Shown here piece after piece: positions 26,243-36,680 of a DNA stretch of 50,057 bases (the first letter of the stretch is position 1; every line of letters starts with the position of its first letter). Origin of the DNA: Planctomycetota bacterium (GTDB taxonomy: Bacteria > Planctomycetota > GCA-002687715 > DRQF01); contig JAZGFI010000136.1 in the NCBI GenBank assembly GCA_036479435.1, positions 1 through 50,057 of the forward strand, given 5' to 3'. A model generated the notes under the pieces. That model did no database searches, was not told where the DNA came from, and saw only the letters and a program-made list of their open reading frames with translations. A program made the position numbers and the translations under genes.

Positions 26243-29200
26243 GGCGTTGCCAAAAACAAGTGAGCAAGAGTTTGGCGGCGGCTGAGCCAAGCGGGCGCGC
26301 CGCACTCCAAGCTTTGATCTTGCCGACGAGCCCCTGCCATGCGGTCGCATCGCCCGCCTTAGGCCAGGCTAGCTTTTGCCAGGTGGCATCTTTGGCCAAC
26401 AGACGCGTCGCCAAAGCAAAGTCCTCTCGGGCGCCGTTGTTGGCATCTTTGGAGTCGTACAGCTTGGCGAGCAGGACCAGGATCGCCGCTTCGCCGCCGG
26501 CCAACACCTCGCCCCGCAAGGCTTTCTGACTGGCCTTGTCGCCTTCCGCCAGAGCCTTGGCGAGCTTTTGGCGGTTCTCGGTCAAGGATTCGAGTGTTTC
26601 CAACCTCTTGAGAAGCGACGCCGCCGTGGCTCCTCCTAGATTTTTCAGTGCGTCCAGTTGCTGGCGCGCCAAGCCAAGGTCTAAGGTTTCGGCTTGGAAC
26701 AGGCTCAATGCGACCCTCAACAAAGCGAGTTCCGTTTTGAGTTGTGCCTGGCCGGCCACGCTCACTTCATCGAGAATCTTCGCGACGCGACCCGGTTCGA
26801 AGCTGGGGCTCAGCACGATGCTCCGTGCGGCCATGAGCCGGTCGCCATCTTGCTGCCGCTTGCCAGCTCGTAAATTCTCGTAGGATTTGATCGCAGCGTC
26901 CCAGCGGCGGGCTTGGAAGAGCAGGAACATGAGTTCTCGCTCGATACCGGGAGCTTCAGCCTCGGTAAGCCCGACGGCTTTTTCTCCCAGAACTTGCCGA
27001 AAATGCAGCTGGGCCGCTACCAGAAAGTCGGTGCCGACGGCGGGGTCGTCGACGTTGGCGTGCCGGGCCTCCAAACGGGCCATACGCAGCAAGATCTTGA
27101 CGTCGTTGGGCTTCCTCTCCAAGCGCGCCCTCAGAGTTGACAGCGCTTTTTGGTGTTCAGATAGTGATTGGCTGTTCTCCCGCCAAATGACGAGCTTGTC
27201 CTCTAGTTCGCCGAGGCGAAGACGCCAGGCGTTCTTTTCGTCCACAATCGCACGCGTCTTGTCCACGACTAAAACACCGATGAGCGCCGCTTCTTCCGAC
27301 CAAGAGGGGTCCAAATGTGAAGCAGAATCGTTGGCAATTTCCCATGCCATTTCGAGATCGTCGGGAGTGTCAGCGAGGAGGGCCTTTTTCACTTCGGCCC
27401 AAGGAGGCGTCGGACTTTTCAGTTTGCGAACCCACTCGCGCAACAGGGCGCGCATAGAAGGGCAATAGTGCACCGCCATTTCCAAAGCCGTTTGCCCGGA
27501 CAATGGCGAACCGCCATTTTCAGCCAGCGCTTTTTTTAGAACGCCGAGAAGAGCGGCCCTCGTTTCGCTTCGCAGACCATTTTCGACCAACAACTGCACG
27601 CTGAGTTGAACGACAGCACGTTTGGTTTCGAGGTCTTTTTCGCCGTAGGTCGCAACCAGATCGGGGCCCAACTCCGGCAGGAGAAACTCTGGTTGCTCCG
27701 CGCCAATCTGACGCGCAGCTTCCAGAATCCGACGTCGAGTAACCGCGTCTTCCTCGGACTTCGCGCGCTTGAATAATGCGGATAGAGGATTCGCGGATTC
27801 GAGATGAAACTTCCCCTTTAGTAGCCCGCAGGTGCTCGCCGCGATGCCGCGAACTCGGGACGCGGGATCTTCCAGAGCACTAAGGATGAAGTCGATGCCA
27901 GCGACGTCGAGATTCTCCGACTGCACGGCGACCGCTTCGACCGCCATACTCCGAACCTCGACCCATTGCTTGTCCGAGACGCGCGAGGGGGCCATCGCGA
28001 CCTGGTAAGCGTGGGCGGCGGCTTTCGTGTCGGCGAGGATTCCAATCCTCAACACAACTTCGAGGCGGGTGCTGGCGACTTTTGGCTCGGTTACCCAGCG
28101 CTCACCAAAAATGCGACTGGCTAAGGTTTGTTTTAGGACCGGGTCTTCAGATGCCGCAGCTAGATGCCCCGCCGCGGAAAGAACATCGCAAAAAACGCCC
28201 GATGTGGAAACGAGCTGGATGTCCTCAAGCGCTTTGGTCAGCTGATCCAAAGCCTCATTGAGTACCGTCTCATCGAAGTCGTTGGCCGCGGTTCGAATGG
28301 ATGCCACTGCGAGCTGGCGTATCACGGCGTCTTTTTTGAGCACAAACTCAACGGGCACTTCCCCGGCGATTCGAAGCCGGGAAATGAGTTGAGCCACCTC
28401 GCGGCGGCGTTCGATGACAAGTCTGCTGAGGGTCGCATTCACGTCATTGAGTCGGTCGTGGTAGATGTCTTCCATACTCAAAGACTGAGACTTGGTGTCC
28501 GGTTTACGGAATCCGTCAAGCCACAGCGTCCAACCTTCGGGACTGGCGTCTGAGTGAACTCCTTGAGTCAGGCTTTCTAGTTGCCGGTTCAAGCTGGCGA
28601 ACACTCCGGGTGCCGCCAGTTCGGCGCGGAACTTCCAGAGTTTTGCGAGACGCTCAATGGCGTCAAAACGATCGATATCTTCGCGCCCTCCCTGCTCGAC
28701 AAGGCGTGGAACGAATTCCAATAGTTGGCCGAACCCCTGCGCGTTTTTGGTCGTTGCCGACATGGCATCGTCCAAGGCGGGCAAGATGGACGACTTAGCG
28801 TGGAACACAGCAAGAACGAATCGAAACATCAGGCTCCGTTGTTCTTGCGGCTCAAGACGTGGACTCGATGCCGCCTGAAGCAAAGAAGCGATAGCTTCGC
28901 GCTGATTTTTCTCCGCAAGAACAATGCCCAAGCCGAGCAGAACATTCGTGGGCAGAGTTTCGTCGCTAGCCAGCGCGATGATCTTGGAGCGAATTTCCTC
29001 ATTCTTTTTCCAGAGTTCGCGGACCTGGCCCGAGATGGCAACCATGTCCTTGCTGGAGGCTTTGAGTGCCGCCAGCTTGTCTTCGGGCTCTGCCTGAACC
29101 TCGGCCGGGGCGGCTCCCTGTTCGTGGAGACGCGGGGATGACAAAGAAGGAGGAGCATGAGCCAAGACTTCAGCTGTTCTCGCTCCACTCGCTTGCAGCG

Positions 29201-29243
29201 AAAGGAGCAAGATCCACGTCAAAGTCAAAGTAGCCCGCAACAC
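26232..29243 (-). CDS. Large exported all-alpha HEAT/TPR-repeat protein
   Basis: AGGAG RBS and signal peptide; HEAT-like LEDPASRVRGIAA and EDAVTRRRILEA; TPR-like PNDVKILLRMARLE. Confidence 0.75.
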   Translation of the reverse strand: MLRATLTLTWILLLSLQASGARTAEVLAHAPPSLSSPRLHEQGAAPAEVQAEPEDKLAALKASSKDMVAISGQVRELWKKNEEIRSKIIALASDETLPTNVLLGLGIVLAEKNQREAIASLLQAASSPRLEPQEQRSLMFRFVLAVFHAKSSILPALDDAMSATTKNAQGFGQLLEFVPRLVEQGGREDIDRFDAIERLAKLWKFRAELAAPGVFASLNRQLESLTQGVHSDASPEGWTLWLDGFRKPDTKSQSLSMEDIYHDRLNDVNATLSRLVIERRREVAQLISRLRIAGEVPVEFVLKKDAVIRQLAVASIRTAANDFDETVLNEALDQLTKALEDIQLVSTSGVFCDVLSAAGHLAAASEDPVLKQTLASRIFGERWVTEPKVASTRLEVVLRIGILADTKAAAHAYQVAMAPSRVSDKQWVEVRSMAVEAVAVQSENLDVAGIDFILSALEDPASRVRGIAASTCGLLKGKFHLESANPLSALFKRAKSEEDAVTRRRILEAARQIGAEQPEFLLPELGPDLVATYGEKDLETKRAVVQLSVQLLVENGLRSETRAALLGVLKKALAENGGSPLSGQTALEMAVHYCPSMRALLREWVRKLKSPTPPWAEVKKALLADTPDDLEMAWEIANDSASHLDPSWSEEAALIGVLVVDKTRAIVDEKNAWRLRLGELEDKLVIWRENSQSLSEHQKALSTLRARLERKPNDVKILLRMARLEARHANVDDPAVGTDFLVAAQLHFRQVLGEKAVGLTEAEAPGIERELMFLLFQARRWDAAIKSYENLRAGKRQQDGDRLMAARSIVLSPSFEPGRVAKILDEVSVAGQAQLKTELALLRVALSLFQAETLDLGLARQQLDALKNLGGATAASLLKRLETLESLTENRQKLAKALAEGDKASQKALRGEVLAGGEAAILVLLAKLYDSKDANNGAREDFALATRLLAKDATWQKLAWPKAGDATAWQGLVGKIKAWSAARPLGSAAAKLLLTCFWQRLEG

Positions 29244-29589
29244 CTTGCTGGTCTCCTAATCAAAAAAGAACTCGCTCACCCATCGACCAAAAATCGATTC
29301 CGGATTGTCTTCGATTCGTCACCAGGACCGAATCGACCACCGCTCGCCTAACTCGAAGCGCACCGAGTTGGCTACTTGCAACCGGGATTCCGCGCAGAAC
29401 GCGGCAGGGCAGCAAACCGAGCAAGGCCGGTCAGGGTCACGAGGCTATGACACCGCCGTTGGCCCGAAGTCAGTGATTCACGTGTTGTCGATGAGACCGA
29501 CCAACGGGCACAGGAAAACAGGAATTCCGCAGGGCCCAAAGGCCGTGGCTGTTCCGTCCACTGCGACTCATCGCTCGATATACTGTTAT

Positions 29590-29618
29590 ACGATAGGTAG
29601 AGCTTTTCTGCTTCACAA
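29590..29618 (-). promoter_or_regulatory. Candidate sigma70 promoter about 340 nt upstream of the HEAT/TPR gene
   Basis: TTGTGA-N17-TATCGT (overlapping TATAAC) in an AT-rich patch, with a T-tract upstream. Confidence 0.5.
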
Positions 29619-29642
29619 AAAACTCAGAAGCTGCTCTCCCGT

Positions 29643-30572
29643 CTACTCTTCGGCTGAATTGTCGTCCAAAAGTAAGCGCTCAATAAAGGAGCGATCAACT
29701 TTTGCGTCCGCGCGCCGCGCGAGGTCCAAAGTACGGCGGGCTAGTGCGAAGTACAGTTCACGCGCCGACTTTTCATCCCCCAGTGACTCCAAGTGCGCGC
29801 TGATCGCCGCGCCATCACCTCGCCGAATGGGGCCGGTCAACGCACGCTCTGGGCCCCTATCGGCGAGATCGGCGAGCGCTCTACGCGCGAGATCTAGGGC
29901 GAGATCACGCGCTCGCAGGGGCTCAACGCCGACATCCGTCAGCTGCGAGATCGCAAAATCAATCAAGGTGACGCTAAAGTTACTCGCAGTAGCCGCCGCA
30001 GCGTGATATCCGCGCCGTTGTTCGGGCTCGAGAGGAAAACACTTGGCCCCAGCTGCCTTGGCGGACGTTGCCAACCAGCGAAAATCCTCAGGAGCCGCTT
30101 CGAGGGCACAGAAAACTCCCTGGAGTCCATCGCCGCTCCACCGGGGCTCCGGGAATCCCGCCGCGGGGTGAAAGGCCGCCACGCGATATCCAACCTTGGT
30201 ACACGGAGCGAGGATTTCGCTCCCAAAACGACCGGCCAAGTGGAGAACCAAAGGTGCTGGCCCCTCACGGTGGAGCGGAGCGCTCGTAGCGAGTTGCCCG
30301 GCAACCTCCGCAATGGCCTCGTCTCGAACCCCAATCACGATGAGGTCGCAACGCTCGGCGATCGCGGCGAGCCCGCTCCTAGCACTGAGAACTTGTAGTT
30401 GGCGCTCCTTGGCTGAAGCCGCATTCGCACCTTGTCGCCAGGTGTTCAAATCGCGCGTCCAAATGTAGGACCAGCTAAACGATGAGTGCTGGCGAAGAGC
30501 CTCGCACACTGAGATGCCGGCTCGCGACGGCCCGACAAGGCCAATCGCGGCTGAATCTCCCCTCTCGCTCAA
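29643..30572 (-). CDS. Rossmann-like + DUF2520 protein (PanG-like putative ketopantoate reductase)
   Basis: IGVRDEAI, LHLAG, FHP, YHAAAATASNF, ALTGPIRRGD. Confidence 0.88.
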   Translation of the reverse strand: MSERGDSAAIGLVGPSRAGISVCEALRQHSSFSWSYIWTRDLNTWRQGANAASAKERQLQVLSARSGLAAIAERCDLIVIGVRDEAIAEVAGQLATSAPLHREGPAPLVLHLAGRFGSEILAPCTKVGYRVAAFHPAAGFPEPRWSGDGLQGVFCALEAAPEDFRWLATSAKAAGAKCFPLEPEQRRGYHAAAATASNFSVTLIDFAISQLTDVGVEPLRARDLALDLARRALADLADRGPERALTGPIRRGDGAAISAHLESLGDEKSARELYFALARRTLDLARRADAKVDRSFIERLLLDDNSAEE

Positions 30573-31207
30573 AGACTGACTCCGAAGCTTCCAGCATCCA
30601 ATTCGTCACTTCTTGCACCTGACGATGGGAGTTCACCCGAATCCAAGGCCGGCAACCTTCTCGCGGCTTTGCGATCGTGATGCTTGGGGTTGGAGTGCCC
30701 TTGGTCAGGATGCCCTTGGTCAGGACACCCGTCGGGCGGCCTCGGTGCTTGCTTGCGCCGCTGACTTTCAGTTTCATCGTCACGATTGGCTTCGCTCCGA
30801 TCTGCCCTACTCGCCTCCGCGTCCATCGTCTCGTCTTTAGACTGGATGTCACACTCGCGGCGATAGGCGTCAACCACGCACTCGTGAAGAAGGCGTCGAA
30901 AATCGCTGTTGATGGGATGCGCAATGTCAACGAATCCGTGCAGTCGCGACTCCGACGTCTTGACGCGTAGAGCCGTGCCGCAGGAGTTGCAAAAGCGCGC
31001 CTGGTTGTAGTTTTTTTGGTCACATCTGCCGCATCGTTCACTGACACGACGCGAGGGCATCGCGACGAAGATTCCCTGAGTACCCTCAATGATTTTGAGG
31101 TCGTGGATGACAAAAGCATCGGCGAAGGTGATGCTGCAAAAAGCGCGCAGGCGGTCGCCCTCCCCCCCCTCGGGCAAGAGCTTGATGCGGATATCGCTGA
31201 TTTTCAT
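30569..31207 (-). CDS. spoVG: SpoVG family nucleic-acid-binding protein with a Zn-ribbon insert
   Basis: MKISDIRI, LRAFCSITF..FVIHDLKIIEG..GIFVAMPSRR, DIAHPINSDFR; inserted CGRC...CNSC. Confidence 0.92.
   Translation of the reverse strand: MKISDIRIKLLPEGGEGDRLRAFCSITFADAFVIHDLKIIEGTQGIFVAMPSRRVSERCGRCDQKNYNQARFCNSCGTALRVKTSESRLHGFVDIAHPINSDFRRLLHECVVDAYRRECDIQSKDETMDAEASRADRSEANRDDETESQRRKQAPRPPDGCPDQGHPDQGHSNPKHHDRKAARRLPALDSGELPSSGARSDELDAGSFGVSL
30696..30725. repeat. Perfect 15-bp tandem duplication in the spoVG tail
   Basis: TGCCCTTGGTCAGGA x2, encoding PDQGH-PDQGH. Confidence 0.9.
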
Positions 31208-32085
31208 GCCAACCCTCCGCGCACATCGGGTGCAACCGTACGCAGCGCCGAACTCACGGCGAGCGCAGAACAGCCGGTATCGGACTCGAATTGTGCTGCC
31301 TGACGCAGGGCAGTTTCGAGAGTCCGAGCCGGGGAAAAAAGGGTCGAGCCGCTTCCTGACAACCTTAGGCCAAATTGGTTTTCAAGCTCAAGGTAGCGAT
31401 CGAGTGCTTCGAACTGGTCGCGGGCCGGCGTTTCTAGACGATTAAACAAGAGCCCTGCGAACTCGTCAGCCGGGCCTTTTCGTTTGATCCAGTCCCTTAG
31501 AGGATAGCTTCCTTTTTTGCTCCCGGCCAAACGCAAGCTGCGGAAAACCGCAGCCGTTGGTACTGCAAAGCCCGGGAACAGCAGCGCAAAGTGCCAATGG
31601 AGGGCAGGTAGGGCTTCGAGAATTTCACCACGCCCGCGAGCCCAGGCGGTGCCGCCCCGAATGAAGAAGGCCGTATCGGACCCAAATTCAGCTGCCGTCT
31701 CTTCGAGAAAACTTGGCGCAAGCCCGAGATCGAAACTGCGATTGAGACCTCGCAAGACCGCGGCAGCGTCACTGCTTCCGCCGCCCATTCCGCCCCCGGA
31801 CGGAATGCTCTTTTTCAACTCGATGCGGCAAGGCAAGGGACGCCCGAGTCGACGCTCCAGCGTGCGCAGCGCGATAATGGCGAGGTTGTCTTCACCGCAA
31901 GGCAAGTTGGGATCGTCACAAACAAACTCGAAATCCGCCTGCGAATCCAAAGCTTCCACGGTAACGAGGTCGTAAAGATCGACTTCGTGCATGACCGTGT
32001 CAATTTCGTGAAAACCGTCGGGCCGCTTGCCGCAGACTTCCAAGAACAGGTTGACCTTGGCGTAGGCTTTCTCGACGCAACGCAT
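31204..32085 (-). CDS. ispE: 4-diphosphocytidyl-2-C-methyl-D-erythritol kinase
   Basis: AYAKVNLFLEV..KRPDGFHEIDT, KSIPSGGGMGGGSSDAA, LSGSGST. ATG 32085 lies just after the folK stop. Confidence 0.96.
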   Translation of the reverse strand: MRCVEKAYAKVNLFLEVCGKRPDGFHEIDTVMHEVDLYDLVTVEALDSQADFEFVCDDPNLPCGEDNLAIIALRTLERRLGRPLPCRIELKKSIPSGGGMGGGSSDAAAVLRGLNRSFDLGLAPSFLEETAAEFGSDTAFFIRGGTAWARGRGEILEALPALHWHFALLFPGFAVPTAAVFRSLRLAGSKKGSYPLRDWIKRKGPADEFAGLLFNRLETPARDQFEALDRYLELENQFGLRLSGSGSTLFSPARTLETALRQAAQFESDTGCSALAVSSALRTVAPDVRGGLA

Positions 32086-32089
32086 GGAA

Positions 32090-32626
32090 TCAGGTGCCCG
32101 GTGTTGCACCGAGAACGCACCAACTCTCAAAGGGCACGACTTGCAAAATGCCATCGTTGCCGACCGCCTTTGCCAATTCGCCCAGGGTTCGCTTTTTCGT
32201 GGGGTGCATCAGATCGCTAGCGATCTCGGCCACCGGTGCCATGACAAAGGCGCGATCCAACATACGCGGATGCGGCAACGTCAAGTCGGCGTCAACGGAC
32301 ACCATCGCAGCAAAAAGCAACAAGTCGAGATCGAGAGTACGGGGGCCGTTGAGAACATTGCGTTCACGGCCCGCATCACGTTCGATGCCCTGCAGCTCGG
32401 CCAGCAAGGCCTTGGGACTCAAGCTCCCCACGAGACCTCTGAGAGCGGCATTGAAGTAATTCCGTTGACCACGAGGACCACCCCAGGCTTTGGTCTCGTA
32501 GAGTCCCGATACCGAGACCAGACGAAACCCGGGGATTTGCGCGACTTGCTCGATAGCTTTTTGGAGGGTTTGTCGGCGCGAGCCGAGGTTACCGCCAAGC
32601 CCGATGACAACGTTGCGAGCCCTCAA
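32090..32626 (-). CDS. folK: 2-amino-4-hydroxy-6-hydroxymethyldihydropteridine diphosphokinase
   Basis: IGLGGNLG, YET, YFNA, IE..GRER...GPRTLDLDLL, LPHPRMLDRAFV. Confidence 0.96.
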   Translation of the reverse strand: MRARNVVIGLGGNLGSRRQTLQKAIEQVAQIPGFRLVSVSGLYETKAWGGPRGQRNYFNAALRGLVGSLSPKALLAELQGIERDAGRERNVLNGPRTLDLDLLLFAAMVSVDADLTLPHPRMLDRAFVMAPVAEIASDLMHPTKKRTLGELAKAVGNDGILQVVPFESWCVLGATPGT

Positions 32627-33594
32627 ATCAGCGATTCCCCATCCACCGTCGTACGCCCCCGAAACAGATCCCAGACGTAGACCAAGGGACCCGAAACGAG
32701 GTATCCAACTACAATCACGGCGATGCCCACCGGCGGCTCGTAGAACACGACGCCTATCGCGACCAAGACCAAAAAGAGGTGTGCGAAGTTACGACGCTCG
32801 GTCAAGGCGACATTGACGAAGTGAATGTAGGGAAGCTTGGTCCACATCAAGATTCCCGCCGCGGCCGTCATCCAAGGCAAGAGGATTCGAATGAAGCCGT
32901 CGTACTCAGCCCATTCTCGCGAGCAATAAAGATAAACCATTGCGGCCACGGACGCCGCAGCTGCCGGGCTGGGCAGTCCGCGGAAGGCGCGGTGATCGTC
33001 ATCTTCGTGTTCCGCTTCCACGTTGAACCTCGCGAGGCGCAAGACCGCACCAATGAGATAAAACGACCCGAGGATCAACGAGATCTTGCCCGTCGCTCCG
33101 AATTCAAACTCGTAGAGGGCCTTGAAGGCCAGCGCGGGAAAAAGCCCAAAAGACAAGACGTCCGACAGTGAGTCGATCTGAACGCCGAAGGCCGATTCGC
33201 TCTTCGTCATCCGAGCCACTTTGCCGTCCATGAAGTCAAAAACCATGGCGATGAACATCGCCCAAACGCCCTTGACCATGTAGCTATAAAACGCGGTCCG
33301 CGCGTCCTCACGGTCTTGCAGTAGGCCATTTATCTCGGCCGTCAATGAGCCCTGTTGCGCACTGGAGTCGGCCGGCAAGGCCCGGAGGCTCTCCTGGAGA
33401 GCCGCCAATCTTTCTATCCACGCCTCGGTCTGGAACCAGCCGATCGAGGAGGTCGCCTCCAAGACGTAAGTCATGGCCAGAAAACCACAAAAGGTGTTTC
33501 CCAGGGTGACCAAAGTCGGAAGCGCGGTGAGAGTCTTTACGGATGGCTTCAACGAGTTTCCCTTAGTTTTGGGCGGGAGCTCAGGCGGCTCCAC
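32623..33594 (-). CDS. pssA: CDP-alcohol phosphatidyltransferase (type II PssA-like)
   Basis: LPTLVTLGNTFCGF, FDFMDGKVAR...FGVQIDSLSDVLSFG, LRLARFNV, FRGLPSPAAA. Confidence 0.88.
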   Translation of the reverse strand: MEPPELPPKTKGNSLKPSVKTLTALPTLVTLGNTFCGFLAMTYVLEATSSIGWFQTEAWIERLAALQESLRALPADSSAQQGSLTAEINGLLQDREDARTAFYSYMVKGVWAMFIAMVFDFMDGKVARMTKSESAFGVQIDSLSDVLSFGLFPALAFKALYEFEFGATGKISLILGSFYLIGAVLRLARFNVEAEHEDDDHRAFRGLPSPAAAASVAAMVYLYCSREWAEYDGFIRILLPWMTAAAGILMWTKLPYIHFVNVALTERRNFAHLFLVLVAIGVVFYEPPVGIAVIVVGYLVSGPLVYVWDLFRGRTTVDGESLI

Positions 33595-33602
33595 GACAGT
33601 AA

Positions 33603-35111
<1,509 letters not shown>

Positions 35112-35232
35112 GCTCCTAATCGGCAACGAGCTCATCTAATCTGATCTGATCTAATTTAGTCGAACGCTGACGACCAAAGAACAAATGGCGAGTGAGTTCG
35201 CCAAGGACCTAAAACTAGGATAGGCAATAGAC

Positions 35233-35547
35233 ATGACCCAAAACGGGCGGACAACCAGATCGACGACTCCTGTCGTCTTTTTCTTGTCGCTCCTGGTCCT
35301 CGCCGTCGTCATTCATTTGGGGCAAGCGATGCCCGCGGAGAAAAAACTCGCCGCCAAGAGCCACCAACTCGAAGATCTACAACGCCATATTGCGACCGAA
35401 CGTGAGATTAGCGAGACGCTCAGCGTCCGCCGCGAGTGCTTAGACCACGATATTCAAACGGTCGAGGACGAGCTGAGGACGCGCGGTTTCGGTCGTCCCG
35501 GCGATCGGGTCTTCCACCCTGTCAACTTCCCAGCCTCACCGAAGTAG
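35233..35547 (+). CDS. FtsB/DivIC-like septum formation initiator family protein (divergent)
   Basis: 104 aa: short N-tail, single TM, coiled coil, then DIQTVEDELRTRGFGRPGDRVF (compare the family pattern D..IE..AR..LG..KPGE..Y); directly downstream of eno. Confidence 0.7.
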   Translation: MTQNGRTTRSTTPVVFFLSLLVLAVVIHLGQAMPAEKKLAAKSHQLEDLQRHIATEREISETLSVRRECLDHDIQTVEDELRTRGFGRPGDRVFHPVNFPASPK

Positions 35548-35591
35548 GCCCCCCGGCGATCGACCTCCGTCGGTGTTAGGGTTCAGGCGCC

Positions 35592-36680
35592 ATGCGCGAA
35601 CACCAAAGCTTCAAACTCAGCCAGCTCGCAGAGCTGTCGGGCGCTCGAATTACGGGCGAAGACATCACGATCCAAGAAGCGGCGGGGCTCGACAAGGCCG
35701 TCACCGACCGAGCGGCCTTGTCTTTTGTTCGCCGCGGAACACCGATCGAAAAAGTCGAAGAATCCGCCGCGCTCGCCTTCATTGTTCCTGAGGACTACCC
35801 CGAGCTTTCACGGACCGTCCTTAAACACGAAAACCCTCGCTACGTGTTTGCATTGGCTTTGGAGCTGCTGTCACCGCCGGAGATCCCCGAACCCGGAATC
35901 GACGAGCGTGCCGCCATCCATCCCACGGCGAGCATCGCGGAGGGTTGCAGCATTGCCCCTTTTGTCGTCGTCGAAGCCGAGGCCGTCGTCGGCGCTGGCA
36001 CTTACTTAGGCCCCCACGTCGTCGTCGGTCGGCGCGCAGTGATTGGGCAAGGGTGTCGCTTAGATGCACACGCGGTGGTCTATCGCGACTGTGAAATCGG
36101 CGACGGTGCCATCTTGTTCGCAGGCGCCGTCGTGGGCTGCGACGGCTTCGGGTTTGAGGCTCACAAAGGCGAGATTCGACGCTTGCATCACATCGGGGAC
36201 GCGATCGTCGGCCCCGCCGCCGAGATCGGGGCCAATTCCTGTATCGACCGTGGAACCACCGGCAGTACGGTGATCGGCCCGCACGTGAAAATCGACAATT
36301 TGGTCATGATCGCTCACAACTGCGAGCTGGGCGCCGCGGCGATGATCGCCGCCCAATGCGGGATCGCCGGCTCGGTAAAGGTCGGCAAGGGCCTCGTCAT
36401 GGGTGGTGCGGCAAAAGTTCGCGATCACGTCGAAATCGGCGATGGCGTCACCGTAGGCGGCGGAAGTGGCGTCGCCACCGACATCCCTGCGGGAGCCACT
36501 GTCTCCGGCATGCCCGCACACGATCATCGCGAGGTCTTGCGAGAGCTTCTCGCCTTACCCCACCTCCCCAAACTACTCCGAGACTTTCGGCAGCTCCGGC
36601 GCGATTTCGAGGACTTACGCGCCTTGAAACAGGATTTCGAAGACTTGCGCGATAGTCTCGACTCCGGGGGTGGCTCTTGA
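35592..36680 (+). CDS. lpxD: UDP-3-O-acyl-glucosamine N-acyltransferase
   Basis: LSQLAEL..., NPRYVFA, hexapeptide repeats, GCDGFGF, EIGANSCIDRG, KIDNLVMIAHN, SGMPA. Confidence 0.96.
   Translation: MREHQSFKLSQLAELSGARITGEDITIQEAAGLDKAVTDRAALSFVRRGTPIEKVEESAALAFIVPEDYPELSRTVLKHENPRYVFALALELLSPPEIPEPGIDERAAIHPTASIAEGCSIAPFVVVEAEAVVGAGTYLGPHVVVGRRAVIGQGCRLDAHAVVYRDCEIGDGAILFAGAVVGCDGFGFEAHKGEIRRLHHIGDAIVGPAAEIGANSCIDRGTTGSTVIGPHVKIDNLVMIAHNCELGAAAMIAAQCGIAGSVKVGKGLVMGGAAKVRDHVEIGDGVTVGGGSGVATDIPAGATVSGMPAHDHREVLRELLALPHLPKLLRDFRQLRRDFEDLRALKQDFEDLRDSLDSGGGS

Noticed and set aside
29470..29571. 33-codon uORF (- strand) in the long leader
   Set aside because: No convincing RBS, and no amino-acid bias suggesting an attenuator peptide.
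29305..30006. 233-aa + strand ORF spanning the gap and the DUF2520 gene
   Set aside because: Ser/Arg-rich, no family motif, and overlaps a genuine gene in antisense.
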